Shown here piece after piece: positions 49,151-59,294 of a stretch of 64,000 bases of DNA; position 1 is the first letter of the stretch, and each line of letters begins with the position of its first letter. The notes under the pieces were generated by a model, which saw nothing but the letters and a program-made list of their open reading frames with translations, was not told the DNA's origin and made no database searches. The position numbers and the translations under genes are program-made. Source of the DNA: Candidatus Poribacteria bacterium (GTDB lineage: Bacteria; Poribacteria; WGA-4E; WGA-3G); assembly GCA_965217715.1 (NCBI GenBank), contig OZ244563.1, forward strand, positions 405,116 to 469,115, in the 5' to 3' direction.

Positions 49151-50563
49151 ATGAAACAAAATCCTGAAACTAAACCGATAAATGTCCTTCGTGAAATTGA
49201 AGGAAACAAGATTGCGCCAGTTTATCTACTCTGTGGTAAAGAAACCTTTCTTATAGAAGGCACACTCAAACAGATGCTGGATAAACTCTTGCCTTCCGAT
49301 ACCCGAGATTTTAACCTAACGATTTTAGACGGTAACACCGTAACTGTCAGAGAGATTCTCAGTAACGCTGAGACCTACCCGATGATGTCAAAATGGCGGG
49401 TTATCGTAGTAGACAATTTTCCCGCATTTAAGGCGCAAAAACGCAGCACTTCACCGCTAAATACTATTCGAAATGCAATGCAGATTGAAACCGAGAATGT
49501 ACAAAAATGTGTTACAGATATTGCTAAACTTCTTGGCGTTTCTACACAGCAAATAACCGATCAGCATGCAGGTTTCCACAGTGCTATTGAAGAAATGAGT
49601 GAAACATTGCGGAGCGGATTAACCGAAGATGTAAAAGCATTTTTCGCACGTATGCCTGAACTTGCCGCGCAACTTGAAGTCCATTCGGAGAATAGTAGTA
49701 GTAGTGATAACGATACGGATATGTTGTTGGAATGGCTTCAAGGTGATTTACCTAAAACGAGTGTGCTAATTTTTACGGTAAAGGATGAGGTAAGTGAGAG
49801 AAACCGATTTGCTAAAGCGATTCAAGAAGTGGGTAGATATGTCTCTTTTGATCCTTTGGAGAAAGGACCATCGCTCAACCGGGATCCGCTTTACAAAAAA
49901 GTTGTGGAAAAGTTCGCAACACATAATAAGAAAATTACACCGCGCGCTTTTGAACAACTCCGTAGCCGAACGGGCGGCGACATGCACACAATCGCTGAAG
50001 CAATTGACAAAATAATCAACTTTGTTGATGATAAACAGCAAATAGATGAATTTGATATCCGTAATTTAGTAACACAGAGTGCTTTTGACAGAATTTTTGA
50101 TCTGACCGATGCAATCGGAAAACGTTCAACCCGACAGGCATTGAAAAGCCTGCGCGAAGTATTAGCAAGTGGTCAGGAACCAATCCCACTTACCGCCTCA
50201 ATTGCAAGCCACCTTCGTTTAACTCTCCAAGCAAAATTGATCGTTCGCCAAAAGGGTATCAAACCGATAAGTAACCAGATGCGCTATCCTGATTTTACTA
50301 AAAAAATTTTTCAACCGCTTGCTGATGAAATAGGAGATATTTTACCTAATTCAGTATCGTATAACATCATGAAACGTAATCCTTATATCGCATTTAAGGT
50401 TTTTCAGACGTTACACGCTTTCACAGTAGAAGAATTGATGACTGCCTTGGAAAAAACATTGGAAGTGGAAATTCAATTGAAAACGACTCAATTTGATGGG
50501 GAAGTGCTTCTGGAACAGTTAATATATGATATATGCAACAGTTCAAAGCACCAATGGAATTAA
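49151..50563 (+). CDS. holA: DNA polymerase III delta subunit (HolA), unusually long (470 aa)
   Basis: N-terminal 'KIAPVYLLCGKETFLIEGTLKQM...DFNLTILDGNTVTVREILSNAETYPMMSKWRVIVVDNFP' matches the HolA clamp-loader delta N-domain. An inserted ~120-aa segment follows, then the C-terminal helical domain. Confidence 0.7.
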   Translation: MKQNPETKPINVLREIEGNKIAPVYLLCGKETFLIEGTLKQMLDKLLPSDTRDFNLTILDGNTVTVREILSNAETYPMMSKWRVIVVDNFPAFKAQKRSTSPLNTIRNAMQIETENVQKCVTDIAKLLGVSTQQITDQHAGFHSAIEEMSETLRSGLTEDVKAFFARMPELAAQLEVHSENSSSSDNDTDMLLEWLQGDLPKTSVLIFTVKDEVSERNRFAKAIQEVGRYVSFDPLEKGPSLNRDPLYKKVVEKFATHNKKITPRAFEQLRSRTGGDMHTIAEAIDKIINFVDDKQQIDEFDIRNLVTQSAFDRIFDLTDAIGKRSTRQALKSLREVLASGQEPIPLTASIASHLRLTLQAKLIVRQKGIKPISNQMRYPDFTKKIFQPLADEIGDILPNSVSYNIMKRNPYIAFKVFQTLHAFTVEELMTALEKTLEVEIQLKTTQFDGEVLLEQLIYDICNSSKHQWN

Positions 50564-50593
50564 AGTGTAAATTTGTTCTTAAAGGACATAAAA

Positions 50594-51385
50594 ATGATAT
50601 TCTGTCAACTCATCACAGGTTTTCTTTTGTTATCATTGGTTTCGCTCAGTGTCCAAGCCTTGCCACCACCTTCTCCACAGGATGGGAGGATGTTGCAGCT
50701 GGATGAAACTCACGATTATGTTGGAACCGTCGATTCGTGGTTTCCTGATGAGGGGTTTGAACAGTTGACTGTTGAAGCCTGGGTCTACTTTGAAGAACCT
50801 CCAGGACAATCGAAATTTTGGTCAATTATTGGTCAGGAGGGACGATTCAATTTGGTTATTGCTGGAAGTAAAGGTGTCTTAGGATCATGGGCAGCTCACA
50901 ATGACACAGCACAAGACATCACAATAACTATTCAAACAAAACCACTACCCATAAAGCAATGGGTGCATGTCGTTGGTATGTACTATGCCAGAGCAGGAAT
51001 GGGAATTAACGGCAATGGGGGCATAAAGTGTTGTCCAGGTGGACATCTCGTTAAATCAAATAAACCCTTTCGTATTGGCGGAATTGTTGTCCCTCAAAAT
51101 CAGGAACCGCCACGTTTCGTTGGAGAAAATGTGAAGTTTCGAGGGTATATTGATGAAGTGCGAATTTCGAATATTCTACGATATCCGGATAGAAATTGGA
51201 AAATTCCAGAAAGAAAATTCAAGATAGATGAACATACTATTTCACTATGGCATTTTGACGAAGCACCTTGGTCAGGTCGTTTTAAAGATGAATCTGGAAA
51301 CGGTCATGACCTTTGGAGAAGTGATGCATTGGCGGTCAAAGCACAAGGAAAACTAACTACTAAATGGGGAGAACTGAAGCAGTAA
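50594..51385 (+). CDS. secreted concanavalin-A-like lectin/LamG-like domain protein
   Basis: Signal peptide MIFCQLITGFLLLSLVSLSVQALP, then a LamG-like pattern ('FEQLTVEAWVYFEEPPGQ...WSIIGQEG..FNLVI', 'WVHVVGMYYA', 'FRGYIDEVRISN'). The ORF track starts at an upstream TTG. Confidence 0.55.
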   Translation: MIFCQLITGFLLLSLVSLSVQALPPPSPQDGRMLQLDETHDYVGTVDSWFPDEGFEQLTVEAWVYFEEPPGQSKFWSIIGQEGRFNLVIAGSKGVLGSWAAHNDTAQDITITIQTKPLPIKQWVHVVGMYYARAGMGINGNGGIKCCPGGHLVKSNKPFRIGGIVVPQNQEPPRFVGENVKFRGYIDEVRISNILRYPDRNWKIPERKFKIDEHTISLWHFDEAPWSGRFKDESGNGHDLWRSDALAVKAQGKLTTKWGELKQ

Positions 51386-51409
51386 ATTCTTTAGAAGACA
51401 GACCAACCT

Positions 51410-52141
51410 TTAATGCGTAAGTGAATAGATAACAGCGTTGATACCTATTTTCAGTGCTATGTTGGAATACTCTCGTGGGTAAAAATCCTCTGCAGCGTGT
51501 TCCCATGCATCGCCGAGGTCGGAATTAAAGCATATCAACATCATGAGTCGTCCTTTGTCATCAAACACTCCCAGATAACGTGCAGGATGTCCATCATAGC
51601 GTTCATAAGTTTGTCCACTGAACAGCGCGCGGAGGCCGGGAATCTGTATCAGTTTTTCGATTTTAAAGAAACATCGGAAAATCGGATGTGATACGAGAAT
51701 ATCCACCGGCTCACGGTTCGGAAATATTTTTTTGAATTCAGTATAAAACCTCTTCCATTCCAACCCACCGTGAAAATCATCAACAAAGATAAACCCACCA
51801 CGTAAGAGATATTCACGCAAGTTTTTAGCATCTGTTTTGCTAAGCCTCATACTCCCCACCTCTAATAGGTAAGCAAAAGGATAATCAAATAGTTCCTCTG
51901 ACCAAACTGGAATAATCTTCCCATCGGGTGCAGCATCAATACTTGTTTGTTTTCGGAGTTGATAGATAAAATTGCGGTCAGAAGCAGGGAAATCCACTTC
52001 CCAATTGCTCAACTGGGTGAGTTTGCCCCGATATTGCAGACGAACAAAGGTGAATTCAGGCTCTCGGTTTGCCTGCGAATCCCGAAGCGTGTTAGGCAAG
52101 AGAGTTGTAATGAGAAAGGTTAATGAGATTATAATTCGCAT
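51410..52141 (-). CDS. DUF4159-like secreted protein
   Basis: Signal peptide, then 'FTFVRLQYRG...WEVDFPASDRNF...YPFAYLLEVGSMRLSKTDAKNLREYLLRGGFIFVDDFHGGLEWKRF...FPNREPVDILVSHPIF' follows the DUF4159 pattern as recalled. The family name has not been verified by search. It starts 6 nt after the Omp85 gene. Confidence 0.5.
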   Translation of the reverse strand: MRIIISLTFLITTLLPNTLRDSQANREPEFTFVRLQYRGKLTQLSNWEVDFPASDRNFIYQLRKQTSIDAAPDGKIIPVWSEELFDYPFAYLLEVGSMRLSKTDAKNLREYLLRGGFIFVDDFHGGLEWKRFYTEFKKIFPNREPVDILVSHPIFRCFFKIEKLIQIPGLRALFSGQTYERYDGHPARYLGVFDDKGRLMMLICFNSDLGDAWEHAAEDFYPREYSNIALKIGINAVIYSLTH

Positions 52142-52147
52142 ATTTCT

Positions 52148-54544
52148 TTAAAAACCGTGATACCATGCAAAAGAAGTTTGGAAATCTACCCATGAATCTA
52201 ATGTTTTTGCTATATTAATTCTGAATGAACCTGCTTCTTGAAACTGTAAACCGATACCCACATCTGCTTTCGGATTGAATGTGAACTCTCCATCTGATAC
52301 ATTCCAAACTTGTCCTTCGTCAAGGAATAAGACAAGAAAAGCGTTTTGGAAAATCCTCCATTTTGTTAGGTTTGCTAAAAGGTAATGATATTCAACGTTC
52401 AGTAAAAATCCACGATCCCCCATAAACGCATGTTGTGAGTAACCATACCATGACTGCGTAGATGCACCTTTCTCAACATTATTGGCGGAAACATAAAATG
52501 GGTAACCTCTCAAGCCACCAAGACCGCTAATAACAAACTTCCTTTGAATCGGTAAGGATGTATCAGCGAAACCGAAAAACAATCGCGTGCGGATACGGTT
52601 GTTATCTAAAGGGAAGGCATAGCGAAAGTGCAATTGAACCCGTGTAAAATCGAAATCAGAACCGACAACAGCGTTGCTATGCTCAACGAGCAGTGTATTA
52701 TGCCATCCGAGGAAATCTATACGTGTATCAAAATCGTATTGAAAAGTGAGGCTTCGCATTTGACCGGAGTCTACTGAAGGATTCTCTCTGGCTTCTAACT
52801 CTTTTACTACCCAATTCAATGTGTTCCAGTCAGTGCTTTTTTTAAGGCTGCTGTGTGATTCTGCGTGTATTCCCAATTTGAAGGAATGAGTAGGCATTTT
52901 TGGACTCCACCGTAGGGCAACCTCTGTCCCCTGTCTCAAATAGTAATTTTGAAGATCGGGATATCCTAACACCCGTTGAAAAACAGATAGGTTATTGTTG
53001 TAGTTTGGAAAAAGTTCAGGTGCCATCGCACTCGTTTGTCTGTGGAGTTGCGCAGACAAGCCGAAATTCCAGAGATAAGGTTTCCCCCAGTTTGCTCTTG
53101 CCCCAAAACGATAATGAAAATGCGGATTTCCAAAGGTGTAGCTGACTTTCCCAAACAGGTTATAGGTTTGCGTGTTCAACGAATCCTGCACATTCCACAT
53201 CCACAAAGGACCGACATCGGTTGGTTTTCCAACCTGAAAACCTGTACCAATTTCCCAATTGGTCACACGGTTGAACCTCAAAAACAGCGGCGGACGGAGT
53301 CCAAGATAGGCATTTGAGGAGAGGCGTTTTTCATCAACGGTAATCGTTGCTACACGAGTGAAGTTCTCTTCAGTGACTTTTAGATTTATCTGTTTAAAAT
53401 AAGGCATCACTTTAAACAGCGTTTTCAGTGCCTGTTCAATATTTTCAGAACCGTTATTAAGTGTCTGACGGATATGTTCCTCAGAAATTTGCTGATTTCC
53501 TTGTATACGTATTTCATGAATGGGTGCGTCTCCTGCTCTGAATCTTGTTGCTGCATGGGAGAATAACTCATCGGTCTCAAGGCGGGAAGAGGTCGTTTTT
53601 ACATTACGATTCGCACCCAATTCTGTTATTGTTAGAGATTTAAGCATTGATAGAGACTTTGATCTCCGACGGTTCTCAACAGTAAAAATTGCAATGCTTT
53701 TTCCTTTCTCCTCTGTGATCCGAATAGATATTTTTCGGTGATTACCCAGTGATTTGATAATCATAGGCAGCACATTTTCCAAGCTACCTGATCCGTTTTC
53801 AAGAAACTTTAAAATATTGGTTCTTTCTGGACTTTTCGTGTTCTGAATTATGAAATGATGAACCTGAATGCCATTAAATACCCAAGATGAAGTAACTAAA
53901 GGTTTTTGTAAATCCACATCCAAAATATTAAGACTTCTCTTCCCTTGGACAGGTCTATTTGGTCCTGTCATCTCTATAGTTGATGGATTGCGGACTGGCA
54001 CAGCAGTTTCAGATGATGACTTTGGAGGTGCAACAATTGAGTCCGGGAACCTCCCAAGTTTTTTCAATTCCGGTATATCAATACCGAGTTGGTTTAAATG
54101 TCGTAATAAATCTCCAACCTGCAGCGGTGGAATCTCACCTGTTATGTTTATAAGATACACACCCTTTCCGCTGTGGACGATAATAAAGATACCAACAACA
54201 AATTCCCCTTGTCTAAACGTGTAAAGAAAAAATCTCTCACTGTTCTGATATGCGTTCCATCCGCGTGCTGTTAGTCTTTCTGTATAATACTGCAGCATTT
54301 GCGAATAATTTAAACCTTTTCTATGATAATTGCGTAGATATAAGTTGTCCACTGTCTTATACAATGAAGCAATTTCGGCATTCGGATTTTCCATTATCTG
54401 CGTGATGATGCGGCGATCCAAATCAAATTTAAATTGGGCAGAAGGGGCATTGTCCCAATTGAAAGATACTTTACCTCTACCCTTTTGCGCGCTTGCTGTC
54501 CCGCAGAGAAGCAGCAAACAGATTACAAAGACAACGTTTTTCAT
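52148..54544 (-). CDS. Omp85/BamA-family outer-membrane protein (paralog 1) with N-terminal extra domain
   Basis: Signal peptide MKNVVFVICLLLLCGTASAQ. A ~190-aa N-domain conserved with paralog 2. POTRA-like 'IHEIRIQGNQQISEEHIRQTL'. A C-terminal 16-strand-type barrel with an 'ISGLGGLRGYPFY' (VRGF/Y-type) loop-6 motif, ending in aromatic ...AWYHGF. Confidence 0.75.
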   Translation of the reverse strand: MKNVVFVICLLLLCGTASAQKGRGKVSFNWDNAPSAQFKFDLDRRIITQIMENPNAEIASLYKTVDNLYLRNYHRKGLNYSQMLQYYTERLTARGWNAYQNSERFFLYTFRQGEFVVGIFIIVHSGKGVYLINITGEIPPLQVGDLLRHLNQLGIDIPELKKLGRFPDSIVAPPKSSSETAVPVRNPSTIEMTGPNRPVQGKRSLNILDVDLQKPLVTSSWVFNGIQVHHFIIQNTKSPERTNILKFLENGSGSLENVLPMIIKSLGNHRKISIRITEEKGKSIAIFTVENRRRSKSLSMLKSLTITELGANRNVKTTSSRLETDELFSHAATRFRAGDAPIHEIRIQGNQQISEEHIRQTLNNGSENIEQALKTLFKVMPYFKQINLKVTEENFTRVATITVDEKRLSSNAYLGLRPPLFLRFNRVTNWEIGTGFQVGKPTDVGPLWMWNVQDSLNTQTYNLFGKVSYTFGNPHFHYRFGARANWGKPYLWNFGLSAQLHRQTSAMAPELFPNYNNNLSVFQRVLGYPDLQNYYLRQGTEVALRWSPKMPTHSFKLGIHAESHSSLKKSTDWNTLNWVVKELEARENPSVDSGQMRSLTFQYDFDTRIDFLGWHNTLLVEHSNAVVGSDFDFTRVQLHFRYAFPLDNNRIRTRLFFGFADTSLPIQRKFVISGLGGLRGYPFYVSANNVEKGASTQSWYGYSQHAFMGDRGFLLNVEYHYLLANLTKWRIFQNAFLVLFLDEGQVWNVSDGEFTFNPKADVGIGLQFQEAGSFRINIAKTLDSWVDFQTSFAWYHGF

Positions 54545-54563
54545 CAGAGTTCCTTACGGCTTT

Positions 54564-55670
54564 TCATTTTTCTATCTTCTTCAACTGTTGTTTTAAGTTT
54601 TTCAAAGCATCTGGAACATCGGGTTTCCCAGGATGAAAAATAACCTCAGGTGGGACTATCTGTCGCGGACGGTTTGGCGGTTTGTAAAACCATTGCAGAG
54701 CAATCATAACTCGAGGTCCTTGGAAATAGTGTACCTCAACAAGGTGAAAACCAGCTGGAAGTGCTACGTATGATTGTCTGCTTTGTGGTTCGTGAAGCCC
54801 ATCATTATCAACAACTAATTTTTCATTAATGTATAACTTCGACCCATCATCTGAGAGCAGTTCAAACATATATGTTCCAGGTGTATCAATCGCTAATTTA
54901 CCACGGAAACGTATTGCAAAATCCTCAACTACAGTCTGTTTCTGAGGTGTAGGGAATCCTTCTGTATAACTTCTGGTAGGCACATCCAAATTGGCTGCTG
55001 CAAAAGTATAAAGGGGAGCCATCCGTTTAAAATCAGGCATAACATAAATTGGACCACCGGGAATGTAGACCTGACCAATTAATCCGTGTCCAGGCTTTAC
55101 ATCAGAGTCAAAGATACCAAGCCCCATAATACCTTCATCCAAAACTATTGAACCGAGATCCTCCACACCCGTTATGTTTGACAACCTTTCTCCCATACCG
55201 CTGCCACGTCCAGTGCCCGAGCCGCCACGTCCAGGTCCACGGACGTTACCTCCAGCTCCACGGTATTCTGGAACGACAACAGGTCCCGCTGCTTCAGCAT
55301 CTTTTCCGAAACTCGCGTTTGGTAGTGAGGCAGCATCCGTTTGTGGTATATCAGCGAAAGTAACAATTTCGGGTGCGACATCATCAAAAATCGGTGCTTT
55401 GGGAGGGTTCATCTCAGGGTCATACTTCGGGGCTGCGCGCGAAAGGGCAGGAGACCCGCTATCGTTACTCCGTTTCGGTTGCACCGCTTTGTGTTGACGC
55501 ATGACACGTCGTTCCACCCGCTCAGGAGTACTCGCCTTAAAAAACACAAGCGAGATCTTATTATCTGCTTCATTGAAATGTTTTACCAAAAACGGTGATA
55601 TAATTAACAGCAAAACGAAATGTATCCCTAAAGAAATTAGAAGTGAGATTCTGTTTCTGTGTTTTTTCAT
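54564..55670 (-). CDS. membrane-anchored protein with Gly-rich linker and C-terminal PA14 domain
   Basis: N-terminal TM (ISLLISLGIHFVLLLIISPFLV), a Gly/Arg-rich segment, then PA14 'GKLAIDTPGTYMFELLSDDGSKLYINEKLVVDNDGLHEPQSRQSYVALPAGFHLVEVHYFQGP'. Its stop is 20 nt before the Omp85 paralog-1 start. Confidence 0.7.
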   Translation of the reverse strand: MKKHRNRISLLISLGIHFVLLLIISPFLVKHFNEADNKISLVFFKASTPERVERRVMRQHKAVQPKRSNDSGSPALSRAAPKYDPEMNPPKAPIFDDVAPEIVTFADIPQTDAASLPNASFGKDAEAAGPVVVPEYRGAGGNVRGPGRGGSGTGRGSGMGERLSNITGVEDLGSIVLDEGIMGLGIFDSDVKPGHGLIGQVYIPGGPIYVMPDFKRMAPLYTFAAANLDVPTRSYTEGFPTPQKQTVVEDFAIRFRGKLAIDTPGTYMFELLSDDGSKLYINEKLVVDNDGLHEPQSRQSYVALPAGFHLVEVHYFQGPRVMIALQWFYKPPNRPRQIVPPEVIFHPGKPDVPDALKNLKQQLKKIEK

Positions 55671-56129
55671 TTACATTTCGGGCAGGAAACTCCATACTTT
55701 AGTGTGGAGAGGAATGCCCGCTCCTTTTTTTGTAGCATAAACGACTGATTTATGCTACACTCTTGTTCGGAAAGTTCGATCACACAGCAGTTGTGTGAGG
55801 TTGTCCGCAGTCTATTGGTGTCCTATATGTTGCGGAGCGTAAAACTGAAAAGCATATACTCTCTCACCACCATAGACAACTCTTGAGTGTAATGGATGTG
55901 AGGAAGTAAAACACCCGATCCGACAAAATGCACTCTTCAAAATAAATAGTTGCCTTCGGGCAAATGGGTTGCTTAGACCCCATTGTGGAGCAGACGTAAG
56001 ACGCTTCTTCGGAAACGCTAACTTGCTATGAAGCACAAGCCCCACGCTTTAGCGTGTGGGTGCTATGACAGCACAATGTACCTCATTATTTGCTTTGTGT
56101 TGCAGATACAACTGGATTTAGAACAAATC

Positions 56130-58478
56130 CTAAAAACTGTAGAAAAACATTAGATTGAATTGAATACCTTGCTCAGATTCGAATGCCTTTGCAACATTGA
56201 ATCTTAAAATATCAACCTCTGATGCAATCTGTAAACCGATACCGGCACTTGCTTTCGGTTTAAACTTCCAACCACTTTCCAATTCATTCCATACCTGTGC
56301 CTGATCATAGAGGAGTACCAAGTGCCAATTTTCCAGAACATTCATGTTGTAAATATCAATACTGGGCAAACCAAAAAGTAATTCGATATTAAATAGATAA
56401 CCCTCATCTCCGGCAAACGTATATAACGGATAACCGTTCAGTGTGCCGATCCCACCAATAATAAACTGGCGCTGGATTGGTAGGAGCGCTGTACCGATAT
56501 GATCTTCAGCAGGTTTGCCAACAACTGAACTCAACACCAATCGGGTGCGGAGTTGATTATTACCGAAGGGATAAGCATTGCGGAGATGTGTTTGAAAACG
56601 AGTCCAGTCAAAATCAGAACCGATGACACGGTTGGTATGTTCAAGGAGAAAAGTGTTGTGCCAACCGAGGTAATTGTTTCGGTTGTTTGAATCAAATTTA
56701 AAATTGATGCTCCGGATGTCACAAGGTGTTATCACAAGATTTTCTCGTACTTTTGTTGATGACCGCCAGTTGAGAAGATGCCAATCAGTAGTTTTTTGGA
56801 GGGTGTCGTGTGTTTCCCAAACAAGTGAGACAGTTGAATAAATTGATCTATTCAGTTGCCCATGCAACGCTATCTCTGCGCCCTTTCTCAAATAGTAGTC
56901 TTGATGATCTGGTACTCCAAATAGGCGTAGGAAAAATGTCCCTGTCTCATTATAGCCAGCGTAAATATCCGGTGCAATTGTGGCTGTTGCACGCTGGAAC
57001 TGCGCGGTTAATCCTAAATTCCATTTATAACTTTTTCCCCAAATTCTGTTGCCTCCAACACGGTAATAGAGTTGTTTATTCCCGAATCCGTAGCCAAACT
57101 GGGCAAAGAATTTTGAGGTGTCTTTTTCAATCGGGATGTTAGAATACCAGTCGAATTCAAATGGGGTTCTATTTTTCCTAATTTGCAAGCGCGACCCAGT
57201 TTCAACACGCGCGCCAAACTCCCAACCGGTGACGCGGTTAAACCCGATTCGTGGAATTGCAGTTGTATAACCCCTAAAGGATAGCGGTTTCTCAGCAACA
57301 GAAATTACCGCAATCCGTTGTTGACCTGATTTCTTAATTCTAACTTCAACGTCTTCAAATTCCGGGATAGACTTAGACAGTTTCTGTGTAGCATCTTCAA
57401 TTTCTACAGGTCCATTTTCAAGTGCCATAATAATCTGATCCGTTTCAATGGACTGATTCCCCTCAACCTGTATCTCGTCAATAACGTTACCGTTGTGGGT
57501 TTGATACCTCTTTGAAAGCGGTATTAGACCGTCTTCATCTGGTGTATCCTCAATATGTATTTTTACCCACTTTTCGCCCGTATTCACGGTAACTTTTTGC
57601 ACAAATTTCGATACATCTGAATTCGATAATTTTTTCAACAATACTGTCAAGTCTTCTGGGTCTTCTTTGGGTGCGATATTTCCGAAAAAAACGTCTTTTA
57701 CCGCATTCACTCTCTCTTTATGGTTGATGCCCTCAGTTTGCGTCCGTGATTGTATCTGAATCTCTTGAATTGGTTGTCCATGGTAAGTCCAATTTGCAAA
57801 ATGCGTTTCTTGCATTGACCCTGAAAACTGGAAAAACGGGTTTGGTGAATCTTCTGAAATACGAAACATTGTTACCGGCTTTTTATCCAGTAATATCTCT
57901 TCTGTCTCTGAAGTTACCGGCTTTTTATCCAATAATATCTCTTCTGACTCTGAAATCACTGTTTCCATTTCAGCACTTGGTAACGCAATGGTTTCACCGA
58001 GCGATCTCAATTCAGGTATCCAAATACCGATTGCATTTAGGTTTGCTAAAAGTTTACCAATTTGTTCTTTTGGAATCTGTCCAACGATGTTGAGCAGATG
58101 CACCTCTGATCTACCCTTGATAACTGCAAATATACCTATGAATATATCTTTTGATACTGTATCATTTAGCACAGAAATTTGCCAGTTTTCATCTTCAGCG
58201 AAACTTGCCCATCCACCCTGCTTTAACTTCTCACCATAATATTCAACCAATTTACGAAAAAGACCTTCTTCAGCATCGTACGTGTGGAGATTTAGATTTT
58301 CCACAGCATCAAAAGGTTCAGCAGTTGAGAGAAGCACGATCAGTTCAAGGTTGAGGTTGAACTGAAACGTGACGGATGGCACATCAGGGCAATCAAAAGG
58401 AATTGTGCCACCAGGTGATTGTGCATATAATAGCACTGTTCCTGTAAGTAGTAGGAAAACAAAAATAGATTTTTTCAT
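56130..58478 (-). CDS. Omp85/BamA-family outer-membrane protein (paralog 2) with N-terminal extra domain and internal 14-aa tandem duplication
   Basis: Start at the signal-peptide Met (MKKSIFVFLLLTGTVLLYAQ); the ORF track starts 21 codons upstream. POTRA-like 'IDEIQVEGNQSIETDQIIMAL', barrel loop 'IIGGIGTLNGYPLY', C-terminal ...MFFYSF. The 42-bp tandem duplication at 57871..57954 encodes ETEEILLDKKPVTS twice. Confidence 0.75.
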   Translation of the reverse strand: MKKSIFVFLLLTGTVLLYAQSPGGTIPFDCPDVPSVTFQFNLNLELIVLLSTAEPFDAVENLNLHTYDAEEGLFRKLVEYYGEKLKQGGWASFAEDENWQISVLNDTVSKDIFIGIFAVIKGRSEVHLLNIVGQIPKEQIGKLLANLNAIGIWIPELRSLGETIALPSAEMETVISESEEILLDKKPVTSETEEILLDKKPVTMFRISEDSPNPFFQFSGSMQETHFANWTYHGQPIQEIQIQSRTQTEGINHKERVNAVKDVFFGNIAPKEDPEDLTVLLKKLSNSDVSKFVQKVTVNTGEKWVKIHIEDTPDEDGLIPLSKRYQTHNGNVIDEIQVEGNQSIETDQIIMALENGPVEIEDATQKLSKSIPEFEDVEVRIKKSGQQRIAVISVAEKPLSFRGYTTAIPRIGFNRVTGWEFGARVETGSRLQIRKNRTPFEFDWYSNIPIEKDTSKFFAQFGYGFGNKQLYYRVGGNRIWGKSYKWNLGLTAQFQRATATIAPDIYAGYNETGTFFLRLFGVPDHQDYYLRKGAEIALHGQLNRSIYSTVSLVWETHDTLQKTTDWHLLNWRSSTKVRENLVITPCDIRSINFKFDSNNRNNYLGWHNTFLLEHTNRVIGSDFDWTRFQTHLRNAYPFGNNQLRTRLVLSSVVGKPAEDHIGTALLPIQRQFIIGGIGTLNGYPLYTFAGDEGYLFNIELLFGLPSIDIYNMNVLENWHLVLLYDQAQVWNELESGWKFKPKASAGIGLQIASEVDILRFNVAKAFESEQGIQFNLMFFYSF

Positions 58479-58713
58479 GGTGGATACTGACAGTAACTCA
58501 TCCACTCCTGCATTGATTTTTGTGTTATCAAGCAGTTCCAATGGTTTGATGTTGAGGGGATTAATTGTTAATACAAAAGTATTAAGAAAAAGTCACAATA
58601 TTAAACGGATGTTTTTTCTATAGTGTTTACAATTTTAACAGATTATGGGTGTTGTTGTCAAATTTGGCTGATAAGTTATAACTGTGTAGTGCTTTGTCAA
58701 CATATTATTGTCC

Positions 58714-58789
58714 GTCGCGATTCGGAGATCGCTCCTACTTCTGGAACGTTTTTGGTAGGAGGGAACTCCGATTCCCGACTACTTTCAAG
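58714..58789. repeat. family-1 arms in inverted (inside-out) order: arm GCGAT type, 14-nt spacer, arm GGGAA type
   Basis: GTCGCGATTCGGAGATCGCTCCTAC-ttctggaacgtttt-TGGTAGGAGGGAACTCCGATTCCCGAC. The upstream flank 'caacatattattgtcc' is repeated at 58994. Confidence 0.75.
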
Positions 58790-58867
58790 CCCCATCAATT
58801 ATTACTTGACGAGGCAGTAGGTGTTTAAGTTAGAGGTAGGGTTAAAATTTATTTGGAAGGATTTCAT

Positions 58868-58897
58868 TAAAAAGAAAGGCGCGCCGTGAAGCGCGCC
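58868..58897 (-). terminator. intrinsic terminator (minus strand) with GGCGCGC/GCGCGCC stem
   Basis: On the minus strand GGCGCGC-ttcacg-GCGCGCC is followed by TTTCTTTTT. Confidence 0.55.
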
Positions 58898-59009
58898 AAA
58901 ATACTTCAGTCGAGTTAATGTTGTTATTTTCCGCCAGATGTTCAGAGGGCCCATAGAAACAATCAATCTTAAAAACGAGGATTAGTGCTTCGTCAACATA
59001 TTATTGTCC

Positions 59010-59188
59010 GTCGCGATTCGGAGATCGCTCCCGCTGAATGCGCGTATGGCATTCAGCCAAATCAACGCAGCATGCGCTTTTGGCATGCTGCCAAATCAAC
59101 GCCAAATGCGCGCATGGCATTTGTCGGGAGGGAACTTCGATTCCCGACTATCAGTCAGGTTCGTCGCGATTCGGAGATCGCTCTTACA
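59010..59188. repeat. composite: family-1 arm, 2.5 tandem 35-bp hairpin modules (inverted orientation), arm variant, spacer, arm
   Basis: GTCGCGATTCGGAGATCGCTCC / cgctgaatgcgcgtatggcattcagccaaatcaacgc agcatgcgcttttggcatgctgccaaatcaacgc caaatgcgcgcatggcatttg / TCGGGAGGGAACTTCGATTCCCGAC-tatcagtcaggttc-GTCGCGATTCGGAGATCGCTCTTACA, then the GAAAATGTGCCTCTTTAATTTCAAAG flank. Confidence 0.8.
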
Positions 59189-59294
59189 GAAAATGTGCCT
59201 CTTTAATTTCAAAGCTCACCAATGCTGAATTGTAGTGCGTAGCAGCTTATGTGATAGCGGAAATACTGTTCCACTTTTCACTTTGTATGTGCTG

